Of a DNA stretch of 64,000 nucleotides, positions 27,397 to 37,428 are shown in pieces. The notes beneath the pieces are model-generated. The model saw nothing but the letters and a program-made list of their open reading frames with translations. It was not told the DNA's origin and searched no databases. The translations under genes were made by a program, and so were the position numbers. This DNA is from Escherichia coli. GTDB taxonomy: Bacteria; Pseudomonadota; Gammaproteobacteria; Enterobacterales; Enterobacteriaceae. Each line of letters begins with the position of its first letter. The first letter of the stretch is position 1. The DNA lies in the NCBI RefSeq assembly GCF_030013205.1, contig NZ_CP122649.1; one strand, written 5' to 3'.

Positions 27397-27726
27397 ATGT
27401 CGAGCCCGGACCAGGCACTATTTTCTGAAGATGTCCGGAAAAACTGCGCCGGTACGTGTGTTCTTACCGGCGTTCTAGGCAGACAAAGAACTGAGGCTGC
27501 GCACATAAAACCCCGTCATGCTGGTGGTGAGCCGGATGTGACAAACGGGATTCTACTGCGAAGTGACATCCATATTGGAATTTACTGCTTGGCAGGCATA
27601 ATAAGAGGCAATAGAGTAAAAATCCCGAAAGAACAAGATATGCCATGTACGCTTCAATTAACGATGATATATGTCGGCATCACCTTTTTCCTAATTGTCG
27701 GTTATATCTGCCATCAAATAACTTAG
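27397..27726 (+). pseudogene. second HNH_2-type domain ORF, apparently degenerate at the C-terminus
   Basis: CVLTGVLGRQRTEAAHIKPRHAGGEPDVTNGILLRSDIH matches the HNH_2 core, but the expected LFD segment is replaced by an unrelated hydrophobic tail. The start is uncertain: the frame is open back to TTG 27136. Confidence 0.4.
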
Positions 27727-27814
27727 AACTGATTTAGAATTGAATTTGATAAAGCTTACTACAAAGTAGTTTTGTCAATGTTCAACCTGTTTATCAAACC
27801 TACGGTGAATTTTT

Positions 27815-28037
27815 ATGACTGGGAATGGTATCAATACTGTACGCATAAACAACGAAGTGAAACACATCTCAGAGTTAGATCCGGAGATCTCTTTTTCTTG
27901 AATGGAATAAACTGAAAAGTGAAAATAACGAACTGTATCGCTGCATAAAGGAAGCAAATTCTGGTTGGCGTGGTTTTGTCCTTCGTTTAATAGGGGTTTA
28001 TCTACCTGATGGCAAAACAATTGTCATTAAACCCTAG
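27815..28037 (+). pseudogene. small gene split by a frameshift at a T5 run
   Basis: ATG 27815 ORF (28 codons) stops at 27899-27901. The +1 frame continues from the ttttt run (27892-27896) to TAG 28035-28037, encoding ..EWNKLKSENNELYRCIKEANSGWRGFVLRLIGVYLPDGKTIVIKP. Confidence 0.3.
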
Positions 28038-28072
28038 ATTATTTGAATATTCCTAAACATAGGCTTAATAAG

Positions 28073-28096
28073 AAAAGCCACTGAAAAGTGGCTTTT
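28073..28096. terminator. Hairpin terminator, probably the original hns terminator
   Basis: aaaagccac tgaaa gtggctttt. On the minus strand it would lie ~45 nt downstream of the hns stop once the transposon at 28130-45816 is removed. Confidence 0.6.
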
Positions 28097-28129
28097 GAAC
28101 TGAGCTGTTCGCGATTTTAATTTCAACTT

Positions 28130-28167
28130 GGGGTTCTAAGCCGGAACCGCCGAAAATTCCGTCAGCC
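28130..28167 (+). repeat. Left terminal inverted repeat of the Tn3-family transposon
   Basis: ggggttctaagccggaaccgccgaaaattccgtcagcc. Confidence 0.85.
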
Positions 28168-28566
28168 GATCAACGTGGCTTGTCCCGCGCCCGGTCGATG
28201 GGGTAGACCCAACAGTCGTGTCACTAGCCGCCATTTCGATCACGGCAATGCCAGCCGGACGTCACGTCCAGATTGTTCCGGTCTGGATGAGGCCGACTGA
28301 CGTCTCGGATGACGGGTGGCATACAACTGCTGTGAGTCCTGCAGGGGGGCAGCTGCCTGACCGGACGGCGAGCATCAGCCCATCTCATGTATTAGTCATG
28401 TCAGCTTTGACACTGCGCACGCGACGGCACCCGACCCGTTGCAGACCCCCAGACATATGGAAAGCTGACGCTCAACGTGGAGTTAGCCGGCGCGGCGCGG
28501 CTTCATCGCGCAGCGTCCGTGTTGATGGATGGGTTAGAACTCTCTGGGGCACACATTTGAGAAAGA

Positions 28567-28923
28567 CTATTTTTCAGCCAACGCAAAACCCGCGTTGCCA
28601 GATGCAACCACTGAGACAAATACAAACGGCACTGGACTAGTATTTAGAGCGCCATGCACTTGGCCAGGTTTTGCTATGGCAATATCTCCAGCCTTTAGAT
28701 GAGCGACTTTGCCGCCTCCTTGGTAATACTCAGCCTCTCCAGAGATAACCGTCCAAGTATCTTGGCCGTCCGGGTGAACATGAGCGGTTATTTCTTGCCC
28801 AGGATGGGCATGCCAAACAACAACTGCTGAGTCCTTGGTTTCCAGAACCACTGAACGAATTGGTTCGCCGTCAGACGGACTAATATATTCTGTTACCGAA
28901 AATATTCTTGATTCCATTTCCAT
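28567..28923 (-). CDS. cupin-domain protein (118 aa)
   Basis: Internal ATG of tracked ORF 28567..29160. The cupin-like pattern is HAHPGQEITAHVHPDG...GEAEYY..G...LKAGD.AIAKPGQVHG. Confidence 0.65.
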   Translation of the reverse strand: MEMESRIFSVTEYISPSDGEPIRSVVLETKDSAVVVWHAHPGQEITAHVHPDGQDTWTVISGEAEYYQGGGKVAHLKAGDIAIAKPGQVHGALNTSPVPFVFVSVVASGNAGFALAEK

Positions 28924-29056
28924 ATCCACTCCAAAAATCAATTTGGCTTGAGAAGTTATTACAGAACAACTGTATCCGAGAGTTCTACGTTGCCGATAAC
29001 CGGCCCGAAACGGCGGCGCAACGCGCCGCTGTTGGGGGTCCGTGTTCATCGGCGGG

Positions 29057-29617
29057 TTAGACCTGTGCTTGCGTAAGACGAATATCGACTTCTCGGTCGA
29101 CGTATTTCCATTCCTCTGACGCACGCAGTTCGGAAAGCAGCCTGTTGAACTCAACCTCATGAATTGGCGCGTATTCGAACCAATTCAGAAAATCGAACGG
29201 TTCATTCTCTGAGAGGTCGCGGCAGTGGTGGAGCTTGCGCGCTACTGCAGGCAAATACTGAAGCCCGATTTGGACGTGCTTCGACTGTTCGAAAACGCTC
29301 CGGCGTTCGTCTTGCGTGAGCTCCCACCAAGCTGCGTTCTTCCGGATCGGTATTAGCGCACCGCACGTTGCTTCTGGGCGCGCCAGACCTTGCTGCTTCG
29401 CTACAATTTCATTCTTCTCTGCGCGCATGACATATCGTTCATTGCTGGTTATTCCACGAAGTATCCAGGGTGCATTGGTTTCAGACTGCAACTCTGAAGC
29501 GGATACGACGTTGAGCCTTTTGGCTTCAGGCAGGGGCTCGCCAACTCTCGTTTCGGCCCTGACAATCCGCCAAGGGCCAATGTCTGCGCCGACGAAAGCA
29601 AATAATCGTGTATCCAT
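29057..29617 (-). CDS. chlorite dismutase-family protein (186 aa)
   Basis: ORF track. The sequence class is recalled from annotations of Tn3-family passenger genes (recall only). Confidence 0.55.
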   Translation of the reverse strand: MDTRLFAFVGADIGPWRIVRAETRVGEPLPEAKRLNVVSASELQSETNAPWILRGITSNERYVMRAEKNEIVAKQQGLARPEATCGALIPIRKNAAWWELTQDERRSVFEQSKHVQIGLQYLPAVARKLHHCRDLSENEPFDFLNWFEYAPIHEVEFNRLLSELRASEEWKYVDREVDIRLTQAQV

Positions 29618-30023
29618 TTCAATCTTTCATGTGTGAATGTTTTAACTCTTGCAGCTTCGAAGAACCTATCTGCCGATCCCGTGATTGTGCATCATCGCCT
29701 CCGCGCAACTGCGACGACCGCCCGCAGCAATCACATTGAACTTTCGAATCGAAACTGCTGAAGCGAACCTACGCGGACGTACGGCCGCAGTCTGTGCGCT
29801 GCCGGACGGAGCGCTGCCAATTTGCGCCTACTGGCAGGCTGTGAGTGCGCGGATGGGCCAGCGACCTCCCTTCATAGAGGGAGCGAAGCAGGTCAGAGAC
29901 ACTATTGAACGTCCGCTACCGGGAAGATGCTTGACCGTCCGCAACTGGCCGCCTGCCGCCGACCGCGGTCTGGCTCGAAAGCAGTCTGTCAACGCGCCGT
30001 TTCATTGTTGCCATGATCATCTC

Positions 30024-30155
30024 TTAATCGCGCACAGGCGGCCACAGGCGGGCAGTATGAACCAGCGTCAGTATCCACACCGTTTCGCCGTCGATCTGAT
30101 ACACCAGGCGATAGCTTTCGTGCGGGATCAACTCGCGGGTCCCGGGAATCTTTCC
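30024..30155 (-). pseudogene. RelE/ParE-family toxin, 3' fragment truncated by IS26
   Basis: The last 43 codons, GKIPGTRELIPHESYRLVYQIDGETVWILTLVHTARLWPPVRD, abut the IS26 end at 30156. The rest of tracked ORF 30024..30746 is antisense to IS26. Confidence 0.7.
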
Positions 30156-30975
30156 GGCACTGTTGCAAATAGTCGGTGGTGATAAACTTATCATCCCCTT
30201 TTGCTGATGGAGCTGCACATGAACCCATTCAAAGGCCGGCATTTTCAGCGTGACATCATTCTGTGGGCCGTACGCTGGTACTGCAAATACGGCATCAGTT
30301 ACCGTGAGCTGCAGGAGATGCTGGCTGAACGCGGAGTGAATGTCGATCACTCCACGATTTACCGCTGGGTTCAGCGTTATGCGCCTGAAATGGAAAAACG
30401 GCTGCGCTGGTACTGGCGTAACCCTTCCGATCTTTGCCCGTGGCACATGGATGAAACCTACGTGAAGGTCAATGGCCGCTGGGCGTATCTGTACCGGGCC
30501 GTCGACAGCCGGGGCCGCACTGTCGATTTTTATCTCTCCTACCGTCGTAACAGCAAAGCTGCATACCGGTTTCTGGGTAAAATCCTCAACAACGTGAAGA
30601 AGTGGCAGATCCCGCGATTCATCAACACGGATAAAGCGCCCGCCTATGGTCGCGCGCTTGCTCTGCTCAAACGCGAAGGCCGGTGCCCGTCTGACGTTGA
30701 ACACCGACAGATTAAGTACCGGAACAACGTGATTGAATGCGATCATGGCAAACTGAAACGGATAATCGGCGCCACGCTGGGATTTAAATCCATGAAGACG
30801 GCTTACGCCACCATCAAAGGTATTGAGGTGATGCGTGCACTACGCAAAGGCCAGGCCTCAGCATTTTATTATGGTGATCCCCTGGGCGAAATGCGCCTGG
30901 TAAGCAGAGTTTTTGAAATGTAAGGCCTTTGAATAAGACAAAAGGCTGCCTCATCGCTAACTTTGCAACAGTGCC
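30156..30975 (+). mobile_element. IS26, copy 1 (820 bp)
   Basis: 14-bp IRs ggcactgttgcaaa / tttgcaacagtgcc; exact 820-bp length. Confidence 0.97.
30219..30923 (+). CDS. tnpA: IS26 transposase Tnp26
   Basis: 234 aa from MNPFKGRHFQRDIILWAVRWY.... This copy reads ..LSYRRN.. and ends ..VFEM. Confidence 0.95.
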   Translation: MNPFKGRHFQRDIILWAVRWYCKYGISYRELQEMLAERGVNVDHSTIYRWVQRYAPEMEKRLRWYWRNPSDLCPWHMDETYVKVNGRWAYLYRAVDSRGRTVDFYLSYRRNSKAAYRFLGKILNNVKKWQIPRFINTDKAPAYGRALALLKREGRCPSDVEHRQIKYRNNVIECDHGKLKRIIGATLGFKSMKTAYATIKGIEVMRALRKGQASAFYYGDPLGEMRLVSRVFEM

Positions 30976-31473
30976 TCCGAGAAGCGGCTGTCGTTAACAC
31001 GAGGCGGCAACGTGCGCTACCAGCTCAAGACGCCGTACCGGGACGGCACCACGCACGTCATTTTCGAACCATTGGATTTCATTGCAAGGCTGGCCGCCCT
31101 GGTACCGAAGCCCAGAGTCAACCTAACCCGCTTCCACGGGGTGTTCGCACCCAACAGTCGGCACCGGGCGTTGGTCACGCCGGCAAAACGGGGCAGGGGC
31201 AACAAGGTCAGGGTGGCTGATGAACCGGCAACACCAGCACAACGGCGAGCGTCGATGACATGGGCGCAACGGCTCAAGCGTGTTTTCAATATCGACATCG
31301 AGACCTGCAGCGGCTGCGGCGGCGCCATGAAAGTCATCGCCTGCATTGAAGACCCTATAGTGATCAAGCAGATCCTTGATCACCTGAAGCACAAAGCCGA
31401 AACCAGCGGGACCAGGGCGTTACCCGAAAGCCGGGCGCCACCGGCTGAGCTGCTCCTGGGTCTGTTTGACTGA
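30976..31473 (+). pseudogene. ISCR2 transposase, 3' fragment (5' end removed by IS26)
   Basis: The sequence from 30976 equals 35260 onward of the second ISCR2 copy. It retains the natural C-terminus ..RVFNIDIETCSGCGGAMKVIACIEDPIVIKQILDHL... Confidence 0.9.
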
Positions 31474-31503
31474 CGAGCCTGAAGGCCAACGATACCAATC
31501 AAA

Positions 31504-32388
31504 ATGCTGCGTTCACAGCGCCGCGGCAGGGATCCGCCGTGCTGGTTGTCGGAAAAGGAGCCGCTAGTGGGAAAGAGGAGGGTAAATTTTCAGCGTTGCT
31601 GGCTCCCCGTCAGCCGGATTGGGTTGCATCGCAGGGGTGTCGAAAGAGTCAACTGCGGTCCAAAGCTGTTGGACTTGGGTGAAAAGGGCGTTTATTCTTC
31701 CTATACGTGCCGCGTTCCAGGCGGCGACTATGAGGGCTATGTCGATGCCCATGTGCGCCGGCTGGAGGCGCTACGCCGGGCCGGTATCGTCGAGCGGATC
31801 GACGCCGACCAATGGCGCATCCCCGATGATCTGGTCAGCCGTGCCGCCGCCCATGACGCCGGCCGAGACAGTCAGGCCAGCGTTCGCGTCCTTTCCCCGG
31901 TCGATCTGAACAAACAGATCGGATCGGACGGCGCGACCTGGCTGGACCGGCGGCTGATCCACGGCGAGACGGCCGACCTTGCGCCAACCGGCTTCGGGCA
32001 ACAAGTCCGCGAAGCCATGGACCAGCGCCGCGAGCACCATATCGAACAGGGCGACGCCACCCGCAGCCGGGACAGCCGCGTCTTCTACCGGCGCAACCTT
32101 CTCGCCATCCTGCGGGAGCGCGAGGTAGCCGGCGTCGGATCGGATATGGCTTTGAGTAAGGGCCTGCCGTTCCGCGCCGCCACGGACGGCGAGAGCGTCA
32201 GCGGCAAGTTTACCGGAACCGTGCATCTATCGAGCGGCAAGTTCGCCGTGGTCGAGAAATCCCATGAGTTCACCCTTGTCCCGTGGCGGCCGATCATCGA
32301 CCGCCAACTCGGCCGCGAGGTTATGGGCATCGTGCAGGGCGGGTCGGTGTCGTGGCAGTTAGGGCGGCAGAGGGGGCTGGAACGCTGA
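31504..32388 (+). pseudogene. relaxase-like (virD2-type / DUF3363-like) gene remnant usually found next to floR
   Basis: 294-aa ORF in a GC-rich segment between ISCR2 and floR. It is recalled as the truncated virD2-like ORF of ISCR2-floR modules. The start is probably not native. Confidence 0.5.
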
Positions 32389-32604
32389 GTGCGCCCATGC
32401 CGCATTGCGAAGCAAAAGATAATCGGATAAAATGTAGCAATTCATATTCGTAAGCGTGGAGTAATCAGATGGGAAATTCCAAGTCAGCAGACAAGTAAGC
32501 CGCAACAACCAGTATTGTTGTTGCGGCGCTCTGTAAGGCTAGTCTCATCTGATTGCTGACGAGCAGACGTCGCCCGGTATTCCTTAATCGAGGGTTGATT
32601 CGTC

Positions 32605-33819
32605 ATGACCACCACACGCCCCGCGTGGGCCTATACGCTGCCGGCAGCACTGCTGCTGATGGCTCCTTTCGACATCCTCGCTTCACTGGCGATGGATATT
32701 TATCTCCCTGTCGTTCCAGCGATGCCCGGCATCCTGAACACGACGCCCGCTATGATCCAACTCACGTTGAGCCTCTATATGGTGATGCTCGGCGTGGGCC
32801 AGGTGATTTTTGGTCCGCTCTCAGACAGAATCGGGCGACGGCCAATTCTACTTGCGGGCGCAACGGCTTTCGTCATTGCGTCTCTGGGAGCAGCTTGGTC
32901 TTCAACTGCACCGGCCTTTGTCGCTTTCCGTCTACTTCAAGCAGTGGGCGCGTCGGCCATGCTGGTGGCGACGTTCGCGACGGTTCGCGACGTTTATGCC
33001 AACCGTCCTGAGGGTGTCGTCATCTACGGCCTTTTCAGTTCGATACTGGCGTTCGTGCCTGCGCTCGGCCCTATCGCCGGAGCATTGATCGGCGAGTTCT
33101 TGGGATGGCAGGCGATATTCATTACTTTGGCTATACTGGCGATGCTCGCACTCCTAAATGCGGGTTTCAGGTGGCACGAAACCCGCCCTCTGGATCAAGT
33201 CAAGACGCGCCGATCTGTCTTGCCGATCTTCGCGAGTCCGGCTTTTTGGGTTTACACTGTCGGCTTTAGCGCCGGTATGGGCACCTACTTCGTCTTCTTC
33301 TCGACGGCTCCCCGTGTGCTCATAGGCCAAGCGGAATATTCCGAGATCGGATTCAGCTTTGCCTTCGCCACTGTCGCGCTTGTAATGATCGTGACAACCC
33401 GTTTCGCGAAGTCCTTTGTCGCCAGATGGGGCATCGCAGGATGCGTGGCGCGTGGGATGGCGTTGCTTGTTTGCGGAGCGGTCCTGTTGGGGATCGGCGA
33501 ACTTTACGGCTCGCCGTCATTCCTCACCTTCATCCTACCGATGTGGGTTGTCGCGGTCGGTATTGTCTTCACGGTGTCCGTTACCGCGAACGGCGCTTTG
33601 GCAGAGTTCGACGACATCGCGGGATCAGCGGTCGCGTTCTACTTCTGCGTTCAAAGCCTGATAGTCAGCATTGTCGGGACATTGGCGGTGGCACTTTTAA
33701 ACAGTGACACAGCGTGGCCCGTGATCTGTTACGCCACGGCGATGGCGGTACTGGTTTCGTTGGGGCTGGTGCTCCTTCGGCTCCGTGGGGCTGCCACCGA
33801 GAAGTCGCCAGTCGTCTAA
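32605..33819 (+). CDS. floR: florfenicol/chloramphenicol MFS efflux protein FloR
   Basis: The 404-aa product MTTTRPAWAYTLPAALLLMAPFDILASLAMDIYLPVVPAM... matches the recalled FloR. Confidence 0.95.
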   Translation: MTTTRPAWAYTLPAALLLMAPFDILASLAMDIYLPVVPAMPGILNTTPAMIQLTLSLYMVMLGVGQVIFGPLSDRIGRRPILLAGATAFVIASLGAAWSSTAPAFVAFRLLQAVGASAMLVATFATVRDVYANRPEGVVIYGLFSSILAFVPALGPIAGALIGEFLGWQAIFITLAILAMLALLNAGFRWHETRPLDQVKTRRSVLPIFASPAFWVYTVGFSAGMGTYFVFFSTAPRVLIGQAEYSEIGFSFAFATVALVMIVTTRFAKSFVARWGIAGCVARGMALLVCGAVLLGIGELYGSPSFLTFILPMWVVAVGIVFTVSVTANGALAEFDDIAGSAVAFYFCVQSLIVSIVGTLAVALLNSDTAWPVICYATAMAVLVSLGLVLLRLRGAATEKSPVV

Positions 33820-33846
33820 CCGACGACTGGTAGCAGGCCCGCTCCG

Positions 33847-34152
33847 ATGCGGCGCACTAACCATCGAAACCTCGTGAATGTCGGTATCCTGTCTGGCAGG
33901 ATACCGCTCATTTCCCTTGTTCAGTTCATCGCCGTCGCCGAGCATCTGAATTTTCGGCATGCGGCCAAGGCACTTGGTATCAGCCAGTCGAGCGTCAGCG
34001 CGCGTGTGAAAGCGCTGGAGGATAACCTTGGTGTCCTGCTATTTGAGCGCCATGCGCGGGGCGTTCGGCTAACAGACGCAGGCAGGCACTTCATGGAGCG
34101 TGTCACGGCGGGTGTCGATCAACTCGATCACGCAGTGAAGACCGCGGAGTGA
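33847..34152 (+). pseudogene. LysR-family regulator, N-terminal HTH fragment
   Basis: 101 aa with the LysR HTH LVQFIAVAEHLNFRHAAKALGISQSSVSARVKALE. The effector-binding domain is missing. Confidence 0.75.
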
Positions 34153-34263
34153 CGGGCACTGGCTGGCAATGTCTAGCAACGGCAGGCATTTCGGCTGAGG
34201 GTAAAAGAACTTTCCGCTAAGCGATAGACTGTATGTAAACACAGTATTGCAAGGACGCGGAAC

Positions 34264-35576
34264 ATGCCTCATGTGGCGGCCAGGACGGCCAGCCGGGATC
34301 GGGATACTGGTCGTTACCAGAGCCACCGACCCGAGCAAACCCTTCTCTATCAGATCGTTGACGAGTATTACCCGGCATTCGCTGCGCTTATGGCAGAGCA
34401 GGGAAAGGAATTGCCGGGCTATGTGCAACGGGAATTTGAAGAATTTCTCCAATGCGGGCGGCTGGAGCATGGCTTTCTACGGGTTCGCTGCGAGTCTTGC
34501 CACGCCGAGCACCTGGTCGCTTTCAGCTGTAAGCGTCGCGGTTTCTGCCCGAGCTGTGGGGCGCGGCGGATGGCCGAAAGTGCCGCCTTGCTGGTTGATG
34601 AAGTACTGCCTGAACAACCCATGCGTCAGTGGGTGTTGAGCTTCCCGTTTCAGCTGCGTTTCCTGTTTGCCAGCCGGCCCGAGATCATGGGGTGGGTGCT
34701 GGGCATCGTTTACCGCGTCATTGCCACGCACCTGGTCAAGAAAGCGGGCCATACCCACCAAGTGGCCAAGACGGGCGCGGTCACCCTGATCCAGCGTTTT
34801 GGATCGGCGCTCAATCTGAATGTTCACTTCCACATGCTGTTTCTCGACGGTGTGTATGTCGAGCAATCCCACGGCTCAGCGCGTTTCCGCTGGGTCAAGG
34901 CGCCGACCAGCCCAGAGCTCACCCAGCTGACGCACACCATCGCCCACCGGGTGGGTCGCTATCTGGAACGGCAAGGCCTGCTGGAACGGGATGTCGAAAA
35001 CAGCTATCTGGCCTCGGATGCGGTGGATGACGACCCGATGACACCCCTGCTGGGGCACTCGATCACTTACCGTATCGCTGTCGGTTCACAGGCGGGGCGA
35101 AAGGTGTTCACTTTGCAAACTCTGCCGACCAGTGGTGATCCGTTCGGTGACGGGATTGGCAAGGTAGCCGGGTCCAGCCTGCACGCCGGCGTGGCGGCCA
35201 GGGCCGATGAACGCAAGAAGCTCGAACGGCTGTGCCGGTACATCAGCCGCCCGGCGGTATCCGAGAAGCGGCTGTCGTTAACACGAGGCGGCAACGTGCG
35301 CTACCAGCTCAAGACGCCGTACCGGGACGGCACCACGCACGTCATTTTCGAACCATTGGATTTCATTGCAAGGCTGGCCGCCCTGGTACCGAAGCCCAGA
35401 GTCAACCTAACCCGCTTCCACGGGGTGTTCGCACCCAACAGTCGGCACCGGGCGTTGGTCACGCCGGCAAAACGGGGCAGGGGCAACAAGGTCAGGGTGG
35501 CTGATGAACCGGCAACACCAGCACAACGGCGAGCGTCGATGACATGGGCGCAACGGCTCAAGCGTGTTTTCAATAT
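34264..35576 (+). pseudogene. ISCR2 rolling-circle transposase, 3'-truncated by a Tn5393 end
   Basis: MPHVAARTASRDRDTGRYQSHRPEQTLLYQIVDEYYP.... Homology to the other ISCR2 fragment stops at 35576/35577, where the Tn5393 IR begins. Confidence 0.9.
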
Positions 35577-35615
35577 GGGGTCGTTTGCGGGAGAGGGCGA
35601 AATCCTACGCTAAGG
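35577..35615 (+). repeat. Tn5393 terminal inverted repeat (core)
   Basis: ggggtcgtttgcgggagagggcgaaatcctacgctaagg. Confidence 0.85.
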
Positions 35616-35682
35616 CTTTGGCCAACGATATTCTCCGGTAAGATTGATGTGTTCCCAGGGGATAGGAGAAGTCGCTTGATAT

Positions 35683-36519
35683 CTAGTATGACGTCTGTCG
35701 CACCTGCTTGATCGCGGCCGCGATAGCTAGATCGCGTTGCTCCTCTTCTCCATCCGCGTTCCAAGCTGCGGAAAGGCACCCATAAGCGTACGCCTGGTCG
35801 AGCAGGCGACGCGGATCGACGTCCAGCGCACGAGAGAATGCGTCCGCCATCTGTGCAATGCGTCTAGGATCGAGACAAAGGTCGTCTCTGTCAGCCGGAT
35901 CGTAGAACATATTGGCGGCGCCAAAGCCCACTTCACCGACCAGACCGACGGGATCTATCACCAGCCAGCCGCGACTGGAGAACATGATGTTTTCATGATG
36001 CAGATCGCCATGTAGCCCACGCAGTTCCGAGGCATTGCTCATCATTTGATCGGCTATAATCGCCGCGTGGACGTAGTCAGTTTGACAACCTGCGTTTTGA
36101 TCATCGCGCGCCCGCTGAAACAAAGCTGCAAAGCGATCCCGGATCGGGAGAAGGGCAGAAGGCAGGGGTTCCTCAGATGCGGCATACAGCTTCGCCATTA
36201 GTTCCGCTGCAATTTCGGTCGCCTGGTAGTCGCCGTGCTCGGCAACGATGTGAGAGAGCATTCGCTCCCCGGCATATTCGAGCAACATCAGATTGTTCTC
36301 ACGACCGAGCAACCGGACTGCTCCCCTCCCATTGCGCCATACCAGATAGTCGGCCCCGCGCAGTTCATCAGCAATGTCTTCTATAGGTTTCAATCCCTTG
36401 ACGATTGCAGGAGTCCCGTCTGGCAATGAAACTTTCCAAACGAGGCTGGAAAAGGTGTCCGCAATGAGAACAGGTTGCGAAACGTGCCAATGAGCAGGAA
36501 AAACAGGCGGCATGAACAT
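35683..36519 (-). CDS. strB: aminoglycoside 6-phosphotransferase APH(6)-Id
   Basis: 278 aa from MFMPPVFPAHWHVSQPVLIADTFSSLVWKV...; the start overlaps the strA stop. Confidence 0.95.
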   Translation of the reverse strand: MFMPPVFPAHWHVSQPVLIADTFSSLVWKVSLPDGTPAIVKGLKPIEDIADELRGADYLVWRNGRGAVRLLGRENNLMLLEYAGERMLSHIVAEHGDYQATEIAAELMAKLYAASEEPLPSALLPIRDRFAALFQRARDDQNAGCQTDYVHAAIIADQMMSNASELRGLHGDLHHENIMFSSRGWLVIDPVGLVGEVGFGAANMFYDPADRDDLCLDPRRIAQMADAFSRALDVDPRRLLDQAYAYGCLSAAWNADGEEEQRDLAIAAAIKQVRQTSY

Positions 36520-37322
36520 CAACCCCAAGTCAGAGGGTCCAATCGCAGATAGAAGGCAAGGCGTTCGCGGTCGGGGGCTTCGATCCCCAATACATTGAAT
36601 AGGACAGCGAAGGCGCGCTCTGCTTCATCTGGCGCTGCCCAGTTCTCTTCGGCGTTAGCAATCATGAGTGCCAAATCGGCATAGCGATCTGCTGTTCCGA
36701 GCCGCCCAAGGTCGATCAGACCCGTGCATTGAAGAGTTTTAGGGTCCACCATGAAGTTCGGCATGCAGGGATCACCATGGCAAACAACCATATCGGTGCG
36801 CTCTTGGTCGAGCCGCACCGGTAGCTCTCGTTCGACACGAGCCAAAAGATCGAGCTGCGGCGTACTCTTGTCCTCGTCCGGTAAGAAGTCGGGATTGACG
36901 GCATTGCGGGACACCACATCAACGGCGCGTCCGAACATTCGCGACAGCCTGCGCTCAAACGGACATTGATCAACCGATAGGCTGTGAACAGCGCCAAGTT
37001 GCTGCCCCATTGACGGCCACGCTTTGAGCAAATCCGCTCCAGACAGATCAGCCGCCGGTACTCCCGGAATTGCCGTTATCACCAAGCATGCACCCTCCTG
37101 TTCCTCCTGCCAGTTGATCACCTCGGGGCAAGCCACACCTCGACCTTTGAGCCAAATGAGGCGGTCACGCTCTCCAGCGAGCTCACCGCGGCGGGAAGCA
37201 GGTGCGATTTTCGCGAAGGCATGCCCGTCACCACGTCGAAAAACAAAATCACCAGATTCTCCGCCTCTGACAGGCAACCAGTCAGAATGCGATTCACCAA
37301 AAAAAATATTAGTTCGATTCAA
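36519..37322 (-). CDS. strA: aminoglycoside 3''-phosphotransferase APH(3'')-Ib
   Basis: 267 aa from the TTG start (L/M)NRTNIFFGESHSDWLPVRGGESGDFVFRR.... The tracked 329-aa ORF is a 5' over-extension. Confidence 0.95.
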   Translation of the reverse strand: MNRTNIFFGESHSDWLPVRGGESGDFVFRRGDGHAFAKIAPASRRGELAGERDRLIWLKGRGVACPEVINWQEEQEGACLVITAIPGVPAADLSGADLLKAWPSMGQQLGAVHSLSVDQCPFERRLSRMFGRAVDVVSRNAVNPDFLPDEDKSTPQLDLLARVERELPVRLDQERTDMVVCHGDPCMPNFMVDPKTLQCTGLIDLGRLGTADRYADLALMIANAEENWAAPDEAERAFAVLFNVLGIEAPDRERLAFYLRLDPLTWG

Positions 37323-37428
37323 TGGAGGTTCCTTCAGTTTTCTGATGAAGCGCGGAGGTGGCTCAACCTGCGAAAAGAAACGAGTTGCTATGGACTTGCA
37401 CCGGTTGTGTTCCGGTCTATCTCTCATT

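Noticed and set aside
27775-28020. 81-aa minus-strand ORF.
   Set aside because: There is no SD and the sequence is implausible. The plus strand carries a more coherent, though frameshifted, small gene ending before the hairpin terminator.
28218-30182. ORFs 28218..28640 (+) and 29685..30182 (+) inside the transposon left arm.
   Set aside because: They lie in GC-rich sequence, give Arg/Pro-rich translations, have no SD and overlap or oppose the better-supported cupin and toxin-fragment genes.
30024-30746. 240-aa ORF, and the 336-aa ORF at 38549..39559, antisense to IS26 transposase genes.
   Set aside because: The same long antisense frame occurs in every IS26 copy and overlaps the known tnp26 gene. 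Only the short portions outside the IS (toxin fragment 30024-30155, tnpR fragment 38623-38968) are genuine.
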